This document shows, piece after piece, positions 36,200-45,434 of a DNA stretch of 64,000 nt; the stretch's first letter is position 1; every line of letters begins with the position of its first letter. Made by a program: the position numbers and the translations under genes. The notes under the pieces are model-generated. The model made no database searches. It was not told where the DNA came from and saw only the letters and a list, made by a program, of their open reading frames with translations. The stretch covers positions 48,705-112,704 of the forward strand of contig JAZOTA010000045.1 of assembly GCA_045657425.1 (NCBI GenBank). Direction: 5' to 3'. The DNA comes from Eubacteriales bacterium. GTDB taxonomy: Bacteria > Bacillota > Clostridia > Oscillospirales > CAG-382.

Positions 36200-37132
36200 T
36201 TACCCTTCAAATACACTTTCGATAAGCTTGTCGCAGCAGTCGGGCGAATATTGCCAACGGTCGATATGGTCGATTTCGGGATATTCGTAATCGGGGATTG
36301 AGCTTTCTCGGTCAATACAATCGATTATCGCCAATTTCACCTTCATTCTGTCGGGTATAATGTTTTTAATAAAAACGGCGGCGCTTTGACCGACCTGAAC
36401 GTCGGGGCGCACCTCGGCAAGACCTGCAAGGTTGGGCGCAAGCTCGACAAAAACACCGTAATCTTCAATCGAGCGCACGATACCTGCGGCAGTCTGACCG
36501 GATGTGAATCTCGAAGCATTTTCTTCCCAAGTGCCCAAAAGCTCACGGTGAGTAAGGGTTATGCGCCCGAATTCGTCGTCGGTGCTTTTGACGACTGCTT
36601 TGATTACCTGACCGTTTCTGAATCTGTCACGAGGGTGTGAAATACGCGAAACCGACATACAGTCGATGGGAAGAAGGGAAATAATACCGCATCCGATATC
36701 GCAAAACGCTCCGAACGGGTCGAGCCGTGTGATTTTCGCTTCTATAACGTCACCCTTGGATAACTCGCTTATCTTTTCACGCATACAGTCGCGTTGCGCT
36801 TCGCGGCGCGAACATATTGCAACCGTTTCGCCGCTTTCGTTTTTATCGATTCCTATAACCTTAAAGCAAACCGGCTTGCCAACGCGCGAAATTATTGCAA
36901 TATCCTTTTCGGGAAGCCCTTTTGCCGTGTAAACACATTCGTTACGCGGAATAATGCCCTCGATATCGCCAATCTTCACGTGCAAATGGCGGTCGTGGTC
37001 GCAAAGGTAACCGATGCCCTCAAGTATCAATCCGCCGTTCATTGCCGAGGATAGCGTGTCGGCGTTTTGTGTGAAATATCGGTTCTTTTCGGTTTTCAGC
37101 AATTTTCCCTCGTAGCTGTATTCCTGCTTCAT
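36200..37132 (-). CDS. S1 RNA-binding domain protein (three S1-like repeats)
   Basis: 310 aa. ..GDVIEAKITRLDPFGAFCDIG.. and ..AAGIVRSIEDYGVFVELAP.. are S1 motifs. Confidence 0.75.
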   Translation of the reverse strand: MKQEYSYEGKLLKTEKNRYFTQNADTLSSAMNGGLILEGIGYLCDHDRHLHVKIGDIEGIIPRNECVYTAKGLPEKDIAIISRVGKPVCFKVIGIDKNESGETVAICSRREAQRDCMREKISELSKGDVIEAKITRLDPFGAFCDIGCGIISLLPIDCMSVSRISHPRDRFRNGQVIKAVVKSTDDEFGRITLTHRELLGTWEENASRFTSGQTAAGIVRSIEDYGVFVELAPNLAGLAEVRPDVQVGQSAAVFIKNIIPDRMKVKLAIIDCIDRESSIPDYEYPEIDHIDRWQYSPDCCDKLIESVFEG

Positions 37133-37196
37133 AAAAAATAATTCTCTCCTTAAACTTTAATTCCTTGTTTGATTATATAAAACAGGAGGTCAAACT

Positions 37197-38267
37197 ATGC
37201 TTGATAAACTTTCGCAAATCGAAAAAAGATACCAAGAAATCGAAGAAAAGCTTTCATCCCCCGAGGTTATGAACGACCTTGAGGGATATAAGAAGTTTAT
37301 GAAGGAATATAAAAACCTCGTTCCTATCGTTGAAAAGTACCGCGAATACAATGCGGCGCTTACCGATATTTCGGATGCCGAGGAAATTCTTTCCATCGAG
37401 GACGATGCCGAATTGCGTGCTCTTGCCGAGGAACAAAAGGATGAAGCGCGCGCAAAGCTTGAACCGCTTATGGACGAGCTTCGCATTCTGCTTTTGCCCA
37501 AGGACCCCAACGACGACAAGAACGTTATTATCGAAATCCGCGGCGGCGCAGGCGGCGAGGAAGCATCGCTTTTTGCGGCTGTTCTTTACAGAATGTATAC
37601 GATGTATGCCGAATCGTCGGGCTTTAAGACCGAGCTTTTGAGTGCAAACGAAACCGAGCTTGGCGGCTTTAAGGAAGTATCCTTTATGATCGAGGGCGAG
37701 GGCGCATATTCCCGTTTTAAGTTTGAAAGCGGTGTTCACCGTGTTCAGCGCGTGCCTGAAACCGAGGCGCAGGGAAGAATTCAGACCTCTACCGCTACCG
37801 TTGCGGTATTGCCCGAGGTTGAGGACGTCGATTTCGAACTTAATATGGACGAGCTTGAAATTACCCGTCACCGTTCCGCAGGTGCAGGCGGTCAGCACGT
37901 AAACAAGACCGAATCTGCGGTAAGAATCATTCACATTCCCACGGGTATAACCGTCGACTGTCAGGACGAGCGTTCGCAGATAAAGAACAAGGACAAGGCG
38001 CTTAAAATAATGAAAAGCCGTCTTGCCGATATGTATAACCGCGAAAAGGAACAAGCTGTCGCAAGTGAACGCCGTGCGCAGGTAGGAACGGGCGACCGAA
38101 GTGAAAGAATCCGTACCTACAACTATCCGCAGGGCAGAATAACCGACCACAGAATCGGCTTTACCATCCACTCGCTTGAAAACTTCTTGAACGGCAAAAT
38201 GGACGATATGGTCGATGCACTTATACAAGCAGACCGCGCCGAAAAGCTTAAAGCAGGTCTTGAATAA
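37197..38267 (+). CDS. prfA: Peptide chain release factor 1
   Basis: PxT-type region, GGQ motif (..SAGAGGQHVNKTESAVRI..) and RF-1 N-terminus MLDKL..IE.RY.E. Confidence 0.95.
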   Translation: MLDKLSQIEKRYQEIEEKLSSPEVMNDLEGYKKFMKEYKNLVPIVEKYREYNAALTDISDAEEILSIEDDAELRALAEEQKDEARAKLEPLMDELRILLLPKDPNDDKNVIIEIRGGAGGEEASLFAAVLYRMYTMYAESSGFKTELLSANETELGGFKEVSFMIEGEGAYSRFKFESGVHRVQRVPETEAQGRIQTSTATVAVLPEVEDVDFELNMDELEITRHRSAGAGGQHVNKTESAVRIIHIPTGITVDCQDERSQIKNKDKALKIMKSRLADMYNREKEQAVASERRAQVGTGDRSERIRTYNYPQGRITDHRIGFTIHSLENFLNGKMDDMVDALIQADRAEKLKAGLE

Positions 38268-38377
38268 AAAGCAACTTAAGAGCATTTCTACAACGGTGAG
38301 ATGCTCTTTTTCTTTTTGTTGACATAATTCGCCTTTTGTGGTAAGATTAGAATGTCATACTTTTACGAAAGGGGCTT

Positions 38378-41029
38378 TTGCCTTTGAAACGTTCAAGGAT
38401 CTTATCGTTGCTTCTCGTTGCGGCAATGCTTTTTGCGGCTTTTATCGTGCCGTTTTCGGTTTCTGCGTCTATCGATTTGTCAAGCACAAATTTAAATACC
38501 GTGCAAAAATATTACGCCCGTCTTATGGGCTCGCTTGCAAGGGCGGATTATTATCAGACCGACGTTTTGGCGTCGGTTACCGTGTCGCAGGCAATATATG
38601 AGGGCGGTTGGGGAAGATATTCGCTTCCCGTAGGAGGAAATAACCTTTTCGGCATCAAGGCGTACAGTAGTTGGGACGGAATGGTTTACGACCAGACGAC
38701 CTCTATACTTTACAACTCTTACGAGGATTACGTGCTTTCTGTCGGTCAGTCGCACGTCAACACCGTTTCGGTTTGGCGCGCGCACAGAAATTGGGCGGAA
38801 AGCGTTGCAGTACACAGCAACCTTTTCGTAACCGAAAGCAGATATGCAAAGGTTGTGGGAGAAAAGGATTACAAGGTTGCCGCAAAGGAAATAGTAAAGG
38901 CGGGCTATTGCGATGACGATGGCTATGACGAAACCGTTATCAAGCTTATCGAGCAATACGGCCTTACCGAATACGATGATCTTACACCCGATGACGACGG
39001 CGTTGTTGCAATTACAGTCACCCCCGAGCGTAAATATCTGGCGATAGGCGAAGCATATAACGTGCCGCTTACATATTACCCTGCTGATGCGACCGCATCG
39101 TCGATCGTTTGGGCAAGCGACAACGAAAGCGTTGCGACGGTTGACGAAAACGGTACTGTTACCGCCCTTTCTCACGGTATGACTCTTATCACCGCAACGC
39201 TTGCAAACGGCAGGGAAGCGTGTCTTATCGTTTACGTCGATTGCAATGCTACAATTATCGAAAAGGATGCCGATATCTATCAAAGTCCGTCGACCGATTC
39301 GGCTTCAAACGGAAAAATATACCGCGGTACTGCAATGAAGGTGACCGACAAAACGATTTATTCCGATTTAAACGGCAATCGGTTTTATAAGGTCGAGGGC
39401 ATTAACAGCAAGGGTGTTTACGTAAGCGGTTACGCCTTGGTGGAATATGTTTACATTGCAAAGTACTATATTGAGGATATCGCTATCGTTAAGGACAATA
39501 TAACCATAAAGCCGGGCGACAGTTATACTGTGAAAACGGCAATTTCACCTGCCGATGCGGTCGATACCTCGCTTACATGGACAAGCAGCGATGAATCGGT
39601 TGCAACCGTCAGCGAAGACGGTGTTATAAGTGCGGTTTCTTACGGCGAAACGGTTGTTAAAGTAAGTGCGTTAGGCGGAATAGAACGTGAAATTGCGGTT
39701 ACCGTCGCACCGTTTTACAGAGAATATAAGGGTATAGCAACCTCATACGAAACACTTGTAATACGTGCCGAGCCGAACTCCTCATCCTCAAGAGTCGGAA
39801 CGGTTGAATTCCTGAATGAGGTAACCGTTATCGGCGAGCCGAACGGTATTTGGTATAAGGTAAGCGGTAAAAATTCAAAGGGTAACACCATAACCGGATA
39901 TTCAAATTCTGCATATATTCGCCTGGTGTCCGATAATTACGAGGTAACCTACGGGACCGCAGGCGATTCGGTTCGCGTCTACAAGGATTGCGATTTGACC
40001 TCGACGAGCTACGGTGTTCTGGCAGAGGGCACAAAATATGCCATAATTGCCGATGCAGAGGATAATTGGAACTATATCGTCGGTCTTAAGGGCTCGAGCA
40101 GCTTAACTGCAATACACGGCTATGCCGACCTTACGGCGTTGCCGATAATACCTAATAATCCTACCGTCCCCACCGAGGGCTACTACGCCATAACGCAAAG
40201 CGATTTGAACGTGCGCTCTGGTGCGGGAACCGGATATGATGCAATAGGTAAGTTTGCCAATCAAACCAAGATTGTCGTTATCGGTGAAAAACAAAACGGC
40301 TGGTACCATGTTTACGGCAAGAGTACAGACGGTAAGGACATAAGCGGATATTCGTCTGCCGATTATATAACCTTGCTGTATTACGGCAAGGTCGATGCAA
40401 CGAAGCTTAACGTAAGAAGCGAGCCGAGCACAGACGGCGAGGTTGTAGGTCAGTTCCTGAATAACGAGGAAGTCATACTTATCGGCGAAGCTGTTGATGG
40501 ATGGTATTCGGTCGAAAGCAAGGACGGAACGGTAAAGGGCTATTGCTCTGCCGATTATATCGTAAAGGTTGGCAACGTAAGTACAACCGTCGACCTGCCG
40601 ACGGACGAAAAATTTGCAATCGTTGATAAAAAGCTTTCAATCACATCGGGCGTACTTAACGGCGTGACCTTTAAAACCACCGCGAAGGAATTGATTGGCG
40701 GCTTTAAGGGTAACGTAAGCATCGTCAGTGCTTCGGGTAAGCTGCTTGGCGACACTGATTTTGTCGGTACGGGCTGTAAGGTCCTCGTAACCGAAAATGG
40801 AAGCACATACACGGTTGCAACCGTGCTTATTCTCGGTGACGTTGACGGCGACGGTAATATCGGCACCTACGACTATCTTTACGTAAAACGCTACTTTATG
40901 GGAACATTCAAGCTCGAGGGTATTTATTTGAAGGCGGCGCTTTTAAGCGGACACGATAAGGTAACGGTTGCCGATTACGTGCTCATAAAGCGTCTTTGCT
41001 TCGGTACCTACAAGCTTCCAACCGCATAA
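38378..41029 (+). CDS. Secreted multidomain peptidoglycan hydrolase: GH73 N-acetylglucosaminidase + 2 Big_2 Ig-like + multiple SH3b domains + C-terminal dockerin-like module
   Basis: Signal peptide. ..YEGGWGRYS..GGNNLFGIKA.. (GH73). ..SSIVWASDNESVATVDENGTVTALSHG.. and ..LTWTSSDESVATVSEDGVISAVSYG.. (Big_2). Repeated ..WYKV/WYHV/WYSV.. SH3b units. ..GDVDGDGNIGTYDYLYVKRYFMG.. (dockerin repeat 1) plus a degenerate second repeat. The start is TTG at 38378 or TTG at 38384. Confidence 0.82.
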   Translation: MPLKRSRILSLLLVAAMLFAAFIVPFSVSASIDLSSTNLNTVQKYYARLMGSLARADYYQTDVLASVTVSQAIYEGGWGRYSLPVGGNNLFGIKAYSSWDGMVYDQTTSILYNSYEDYVLSVGQSHVNTVSVWRAHRNWAESVAVHSNLFVTESRYAKVVGEKDYKVAAKEIVKAGYCDDDGYDETVIKLIEQYGLTEYDDLTPDDDGVVAITVTPERKYLAIGEAYNVPLTYYPADATASSIVWASDNESVATVDENGTVTALSHGMTLITATLANGREACLIVYVDCNATIIEKDADIYQSPSTDSASNGKIYRGTAMKVTDKTIYSDLNGNRFYKVEGINSKGVYVSGYALVEYVYIAKYYIEDIAIVKDNITIKPGDSYTVKTAISPADAVDTSLTWTSSDESVATVSEDGVISAVSYGETVVKVSALGGIEREIAVTVAPFYREYKGIATSYETLVIRAEPNSSSSRVGTVEFLNEVTVIGEPNGIWYKVSGKNSKGNTITGYSNSAYIRLVSDNYEVTYGTAGDSVRVYKDCDLTSTSYGVLAEGTKYAIIADAEDNWNYIVGLKGSSSLTAIHGYADLTALPIIPNNPTVPTEGYYAITQSDLNVRSGAGTGYDAIGKFANQTKIVVIGEKQNGWYHVYGKSTDGKDISGYSSADYITLLYYGKVDATKLNVRSEPSTDGEVVGQFLNNEEVILIGEAVDGWYSVESKDGTVKGYCSADYIVKVGNVSTTVDLPTDEKFAIVDKKLSITSGVLNGVTFKTTAKELIGGFKGNVSIVSASGKLLGDTDFVGTGCKVLVTENGSTYTVATVLILGDVDGDGNIGTYDYLYVKRYFMGTFKLEGIYLKAALLSGHDKVTVADYVLIKRLCFGTYKLPTA

Positions 41030-41152
41030 AAGCTTAAAATAAGAAGAAAAAACTGCTTTTATTTGCAAAATAATATTGACTTTTTGTGATAAAAAAGCTA
41101 AACTAACTATGCATGAAATTAATATGTAATTAATATTAAAGGAGATTTCAAA

Positions 41153-42088
41153 ATGCCTCTCGTATCAACAAAAGAAATGTTTGAAAAAGCTTATAAGGAA
41201 GGTTATGCTATCGGTGCTTTCAATGTTAACAACATGGAAATCATCCAAGGTATTACCGAAGCTGCAAAGGAAGAAAACGCACCCCTTATTCTTCAGGTTT
41301 CCTCCGGCGCAAGAAAATATGCTAACCACACCTATCTCGTAAAGCTCGTTGAAGCTGCAATTCAGGAAACCGGTCTTCCCATCGCACTTCACCTTGACCA
41401 CGGCGACACCTTCGAGCTTTGTAAGTCTTGTATCGACGGCGGCTTCACCTCCGTTATGATCGACGGTTCTCACCACTCCTTCGAAGACAACATCGCTCTT
41501 ACCAAGCAGGTTGTTGAATATGCACACGCTCACGGCGTATCTGTTGAAGGCGAGCTTGGCCGTCTTGCAGGTATCGAAGATGCAGTTAACGTTTCCGAAA
41601 AGGACGCTTCCTACACCGATCCCGATCAGGTACAGGAATTCGTTGAAAAGACCGGCGTTGACTCCTTGGCAATCGCAATCGGTACTTCTCACGGCGCATA
41701 CAAGTTCAAGCCCGGTCAAAAGCCCCAGCTCCGCTTCGACATCCTCGAAGAAGTTGAAAAGAGACTTCCCGGCTTCCCGATCGTTCTTCACGGCGCTTCT
41801 TCCGTAATTCCCGAATACGTTAACATCATCAACGCTAACGGCGGTAGAATGCCCGACGCAATCGGTATTCCCGAAGATATGCTCCGCAAGGCAGCTTCCA
41901 TGGCAGTTTGTAAGATCAACATCGACTCTGACCTTCGTCTTGCAATGACCGCGGCTATCCGCGAACACTTCGCTCAAAGCCCTGAACACTTCGACCCCAG
42001 ACAATACCTCAGCCCTGCTCGTGCTAACATCAAGTCTCTCGTTAAGCACAAGCTCGTTAATGTTCTCGGCTGCAACAACAAGGCATAA
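41153..42088 (+). CDS. fba: Class II fructose-1,6-bisphosphate aldolase
   Basis: ..ALHLDHG.., ..EGELG.. and ..AIGTSHGAYKF..VLHGASS.. are class II FBA motifs. Confidence 0.94.
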   Translation: MPLVSTKEMFEKAYKEGYAIGAFNVNNMEIIQGITEAAKEENAPLILQVSSGARKYANHTYLVKLVEAAIQETGLPIALHLDHGDTFELCKSCIDGGFTSVMIDGSHHSFEDNIALTKQVVEYAHAHGVSVEGELGRLAGIEDAVNVSEKDASYTDPDQVQEFVEKTGVDSLAIAIGTSHGAYKFKPGQKPQLRFDILEEVEKRLPGFPIVLHGASSVIPEYVNIINANGGRMPDAIGIPEDMLRKAASMAVCKINIDSDLRLAMTAAIREHFAQSPEHFDPRQYLSPARANIKSLVKHKLVNVLGCNNKA

Positions 42089-42103
42089 TTTTGCTTATTT
42101 TCG

Positions 42104-42138
42104 ACCTGCGGGGAGTTGTTTCTCCGCAGGTTATTTTT
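42104..42138 (+). terminator. Intrinsic terminator after fba
   Basis: ACCTGCGGGGA / TCTCCGCAGGT stem, then TATTTTT. Confidence 0.75.
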
Positions 42139-42149
42139 AACGGTGACGT

Positions 42150-43271
42150 ATGAATGAAAATCAAAACCAAAACGGTTTTATAGAACCTAATTTTGAGGAA
42201 TATTTAAAAAAGAAAAAAAGCAAAAGAGTCAGAGCGTATATTGCACTTGTGCTAACGGTTGCTTTGCTTATTGTTTCGGTTACGGTTGCGCTTTTCCGTG
42301 CGACCGATGACGGGGAAGAATCTGTCGACACGTCGTTCGTTTCTTCAAGCGCCGAGGAATCGGTTGAAAAAAGCGAGGCTGAATCCTCATTAGACGAATC
42401 GTCGGAAGAGCCGTCGGATGCAGAATCGTCCGAGGTCGAGGAATATTTTCCCGTCATCAACGTCGTTACTCCCGAAAACGTTACTGCCGCAGGTATTTTT
42501 GAGCTTGAATCGCTTCATTGCGTTTATTCCGAAAATGCCGATGAAAGGTTAAGCATTGCGAGTATAACAAAGCTTATCACCGCGTCTGTTGCGATAAAAT
42601 ACCTTCCGCTTGATACGGTGATTACCGTGGGAAGCGAGCTGACTCTTGTTAAATATGATTCAAGCGTTTGCGGTCTGAAGCAGGGATATAAATTAACGCT
42701 CGAGCAGCTTCTTTACGGACTGCTTATGTCATCGGGCAACGATGCGGCTTATACCGTCGCTGTAAACGTCGCGCGGTATGTTACCGAGGACGCGGAAATG
42801 AGCGACATGGATGCAGTTGATTATTTTTGCGGTCTTATGAACGGCCTTGCCGATGAGATTGGCGCAAAAAACAGCTCGTTTGCCAACCCCGAGGGCTGGG
42901 ACGATGAAAACAATTATTCAACCGTGTCAGACCTCGTTATTATTTCAAAATATGCTACGAGCCAAGAGCTTATCAAAAAAATCGCTTCGACTGCAAGCTA
43001 CACCGTCAAGATCGTTTCGGGGCAGGAAATGAAGTTCCGCAATTCAAACTATATGCTTCATTCCGAAAGCCGTTTTTACGACCCCAACGTTACGGGCTTA
43101 AAAACAGGAAGCACCGATAATGCAGGTAAATGCCTTGTCGCAACGGTCAACATCGACGGAAACGAATATATCGCTGTCGTTATGGGATGTCCCGACGAAG
43201 AAACACGATACACCTCGATGACTTCGCTTATAGAATACATAGAAGAATACAATAATTTAAAAATAGCATAA
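42150..43271 (+). CDS. Serine-type D-Ala-D-Ala carboxypeptidase (S11, DacB-like), membrane anchored
   Basis: SxxK (SITK), SxN (SGND) and KTG (KTGST) motifs. N-terminal TM plus an acidic Ser/Glu linker. Confidence 0.85.
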   Translation: MNENQNQNGFIEPNFEEYLKKKKSKRVRAYIALVLTVALLIVSVTVALFRATDDGEESVDTSFVSSSAEESVEKSEAESSLDESSEEPSDAESSEVEEYFPVINVVTPENVTAAGIFELESLHCVYSENADERLSIASITKLITASVAIKYLPLDTVITVGSELTLVKYDSSVCGLKQGYKLTLEQLLYGLLMSSGNDAAYTVAVNVARYVTEDAEMSDMDAVDYFCGLMNGLADEIGAKNSSFANPEGWDDENNYSTVSDLVIISKYATSQELIKKIASTASYTVKIVSGQEMKFRNSNYMLHSESRFYDPNVTGLKTGSTDNAGKCLVATVNIDGNEYIAVVMGCPDEETRYTSMTSLIEYIEEYNNLKIA

Positions 43272-43336
43272 GGATTTTTCGCTTTTCGGTTGTATAATAG
43301 GTAGGGCACCTAATTTACCGCAGAAAGGAAAACGCT

Positions 43337-44128
43337 ATGAACGGAAAGAACCGATGCAGGATATTAAAGGATATCCGCAAAAAGATCGCCGAAGAAAACG
43401 ATATTGAATATATCACCACCGAATGTAAATACCAAGGCGACTGCCCGGGTACCTGTCCGAAATGTGAATCGGAGGTCAGATACTTGGAGCGTGAGCTTGA
43501 ACGCAAAAGAGGACTCGGTAAAAGAATTGCTATTGCAGGCATCGCAGTCGGCGTGACCGCAACGGCTACGGGATGTACTCCGGACATTTTTTCGATTTTC
43601 AAGGACGATACGCTTCAGGGCGAGCCCATGCCCGATATCAATGGAGATATGGTTGCCGAGTATTCGCAAAACGAAAACAGCATTGCGAACGAAAGCGGTG
43701 TTTCCGAGGTAGTTACGCAAGGCGATATTGTAATGGTAGACGGCCAAATGCCCGAAATATCGGAAGAAGAAACAGCGACTGCGGGTATTTTACCGCCTGA
43801 AGATTCTCTGCCCGAAATTACAAATCCTTATGCAGGAGTGAAAGGCATATTTGAAGCATTTCCGCTTTCTGTAAACGAGGCGGTAGAAAAGAATGCCGCA
43901 GATGTCAAGGCGTCGCTTGTCGATTGGAAACGCGAATATATCGATTACGAATGGCGCGAAAATATTCAATACCGCTACCAAGGTTCCACGCTATTTATGA
44001 CCGATGACGGCAGATATATCGAGGTATTCTTTGACGAAGACGGCTTTTGTAAAAGCGTTAATGTTTTCGAGGAAGAGTTAATGGGCGAGCCGAGTATTGA
44101 GGAACCGCTTATGGGTGATATGCCGTAA
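43337..44128 (+). CDS. Single-pass membrane protein with an N-terminal Cys-rich (putative Zn-ribbon) domain; unknown function
   Basis: C7, then C30-x5-C36-x3-C40-x2-C43 (..TECKYQGDCPGTCPKCESE..), a TM at about 64-80, and an acidic extracytoplasmic domain of about 180 aa. AAAGGAA RBS. Confidence 0.6.
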   Translation: MNGKNRCRILKDIRKKIAEENDIEYITTECKYQGDCPGTCPKCESEVRYLERELERKRGLGKRIAIAGIAVGVTATATGCTPDIFSIFKDDTLQGEPMPDINGDMVAEYSQNENSIANESGVSEVVTQGDIVMVDGQMPEISEEETATAGILPPEDSLPEITNPYAGVKGIFEAFPLSVNEAVEKNAADVKASLVDWKREYIDYEWRENIQYRYQGSTLFMTDDGRYIEVFFDEDGFCKSVNVFEEELMGEPSIEEPLMGDMP

Positions 44129-44751
44129 TGACAATGAATCAAGCACCGTTTATTGCAATATCGCGTCACAGAATACAAACCGACGGAGAAGGGGTAACCA
44201 CGCTTTGCGGCTTTTACGGATGCCCGTTAAGATGTAAATACTGCATCAACCCCCAATCCTTCCGTGATAATACGAAAAAAATTCTTCACACGCCCGAATC
44301 ACTTTATAATGCGGTGAAGCTTGACGATATTTATTTTCTTGCCACAAACGGCGGAGTTACGTTCGGCGGAGGCGAGCCGCTTCTTTATGCCGATTTTATC
44401 AAGGAATTTCGCGCGCTTTGCGGTGAAAAATGGCATCTTTGCGCCGAAACGAGCCTTAACGTAAACAGCGAAGCGGTCGAGCTTGCTTCTTCGGTCATCG
44501 ATTATTTTTACGTCGATATAAAGGATATGAACCGAGAAATTTACGAAAATTACACCGGCAAAAGCAATGAAAGGGTTATCGAAAACCTTAAATTGCTGTT
44601 ATCCTTGACCTCAAGCGAACGAATAACCGTCCGTGTTCCGCTTATCAAGGACTTCAACACCGATTCCGATAGAGAAAAAAGCGTTAATATCCTTAAAGAA
44701 ATGGGATTTACCAAATTTGACCTTTTCAATTACGTAATCAAGAGGAAATAA
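44128..44751 (+). CDS. Radical SAM enzyme of the glycyl-radical-enzyme activase type (PflA/NrdG-like), short form
   Basis: 207 aa. ..DGEGVTTLCGFYGCPLRCKYCINPQ.. (CxxxCxxC) and ..GGVTFGGGEPLL... Its start overlaps the upstream stop (TAATG). Confidence 0.75.
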   Translation: MTMNQAPFIAISRHRIQTDGEGVTTLCGFYGCPLRCKYCINPQSFRDNTKKILHTPESLYNAVKLDDIYFLATNGGVTFGGGEPLLYADFIKEFRALCGEKWHLCAETSLNVNSEAVELASSVIDYFYVDIKDMNREIYENYTGKSNERVIENLKLLLSLTSSERITVRVPLIKDFNTDSDREKSVNILKEMGFTKFDLFNYVIKRK

Positions 44752-45392
44752 TGTATAAGTATATTTTGTTTGACCTTGACGGTACGCTTACCGACCCTGC
44801 GCGCGGCATTACAAATTCGGTAGTGTTTGCGCTTAACAAGTTCGGTATCGACGTTGCCGATAAAACCGAGCTTTATAAATTCATCGGCCCTCCCTTGACC
44901 GATTCGTTCGAAAAATATTACGGCTTTTCGAGTGACGATGCGCTTAAAGCCGTCGAATATTATCGCGAATATTTTAAGCCAAAGGGAATTTACGAAAACG
45001 AGATATATCAAGGCGTTGAAGAATTGCTTAAACACCTTAAGGAAAACGGCAAAACCGTTATTCTTGCCACAAGCAAGCCCGAGGTTTTTGCAATCGAAAT
45101 ACTTAAATATTTTAAGCTTGACATTTATTTCGATTTCGTCGCAGGAGCAACGCTCGACAAAACGCGCAACAAAAAAAGCGACGTTATCGCCTATGCGCTT
45201 AACAGCTGTAATATCACCGACAAGTCGAAATGCCTTATGGTCGGCGACAGAGAGCAGGATATCAACGGTGCAAAGGCAAACGGAATCGATTCGCTCGGCG
45301 TGCTTTATGGCTATGGCGATATTGACGAGCTATCAAACGCAGGCGCAACCTATATCGCAAAATCGGTTGAGGATATAATTAAATACGTGTAA
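44751..45392 (+). CDS. HAD-superfamily phosphatase (phosphoglycolate phosphatase / PGP-like)
   Basis: Motif I ILFDLDGTLTD, ..ATSKP.. and ..MVGDREQDINGA... Its start overlaps the upstream stop (TAATG). Confidence 0.82.
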   Translation: MYKYILFDLDGTLTDPARGITNSVVFALNKFGIDVADKTELYKFIGPPLTDSFEKYYGFSSDDALKAVEYYREYFKPKGIYENEIYQGVEELLKHLKENGKTVILATSKPEVFAIEILKYFKLDIYFDFVAGATLDKTRNKKSDVIAYALNSCNITDKSKCLMVGDREQDINGAKANGIDSLGVLYGYGDIDELSNAGATYIAKSVEDIIKYV

Positions 45393-45395
45393 AAA

Positions 45396-45429
45396 TAAAA
45401 GATATGCCCTAAAAAGCATATCTTTTTTC
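45396..45429. terminator. Bidirectional intrinsic terminator between convergent operons
   Basis: AAAGATATGC / GCATATCTTT stem with A-run and T-run flanks. Confidence 0.75.
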
Positions 45430-45434
45430 GTTAT

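Noticed and set aside
37197-38267. Programmed +1 frameshift of release-factor genes
   Set aside because: The gene is prfA (RF1), which is not frameshift-regulated. The ORF is continuous with a normal RBS.
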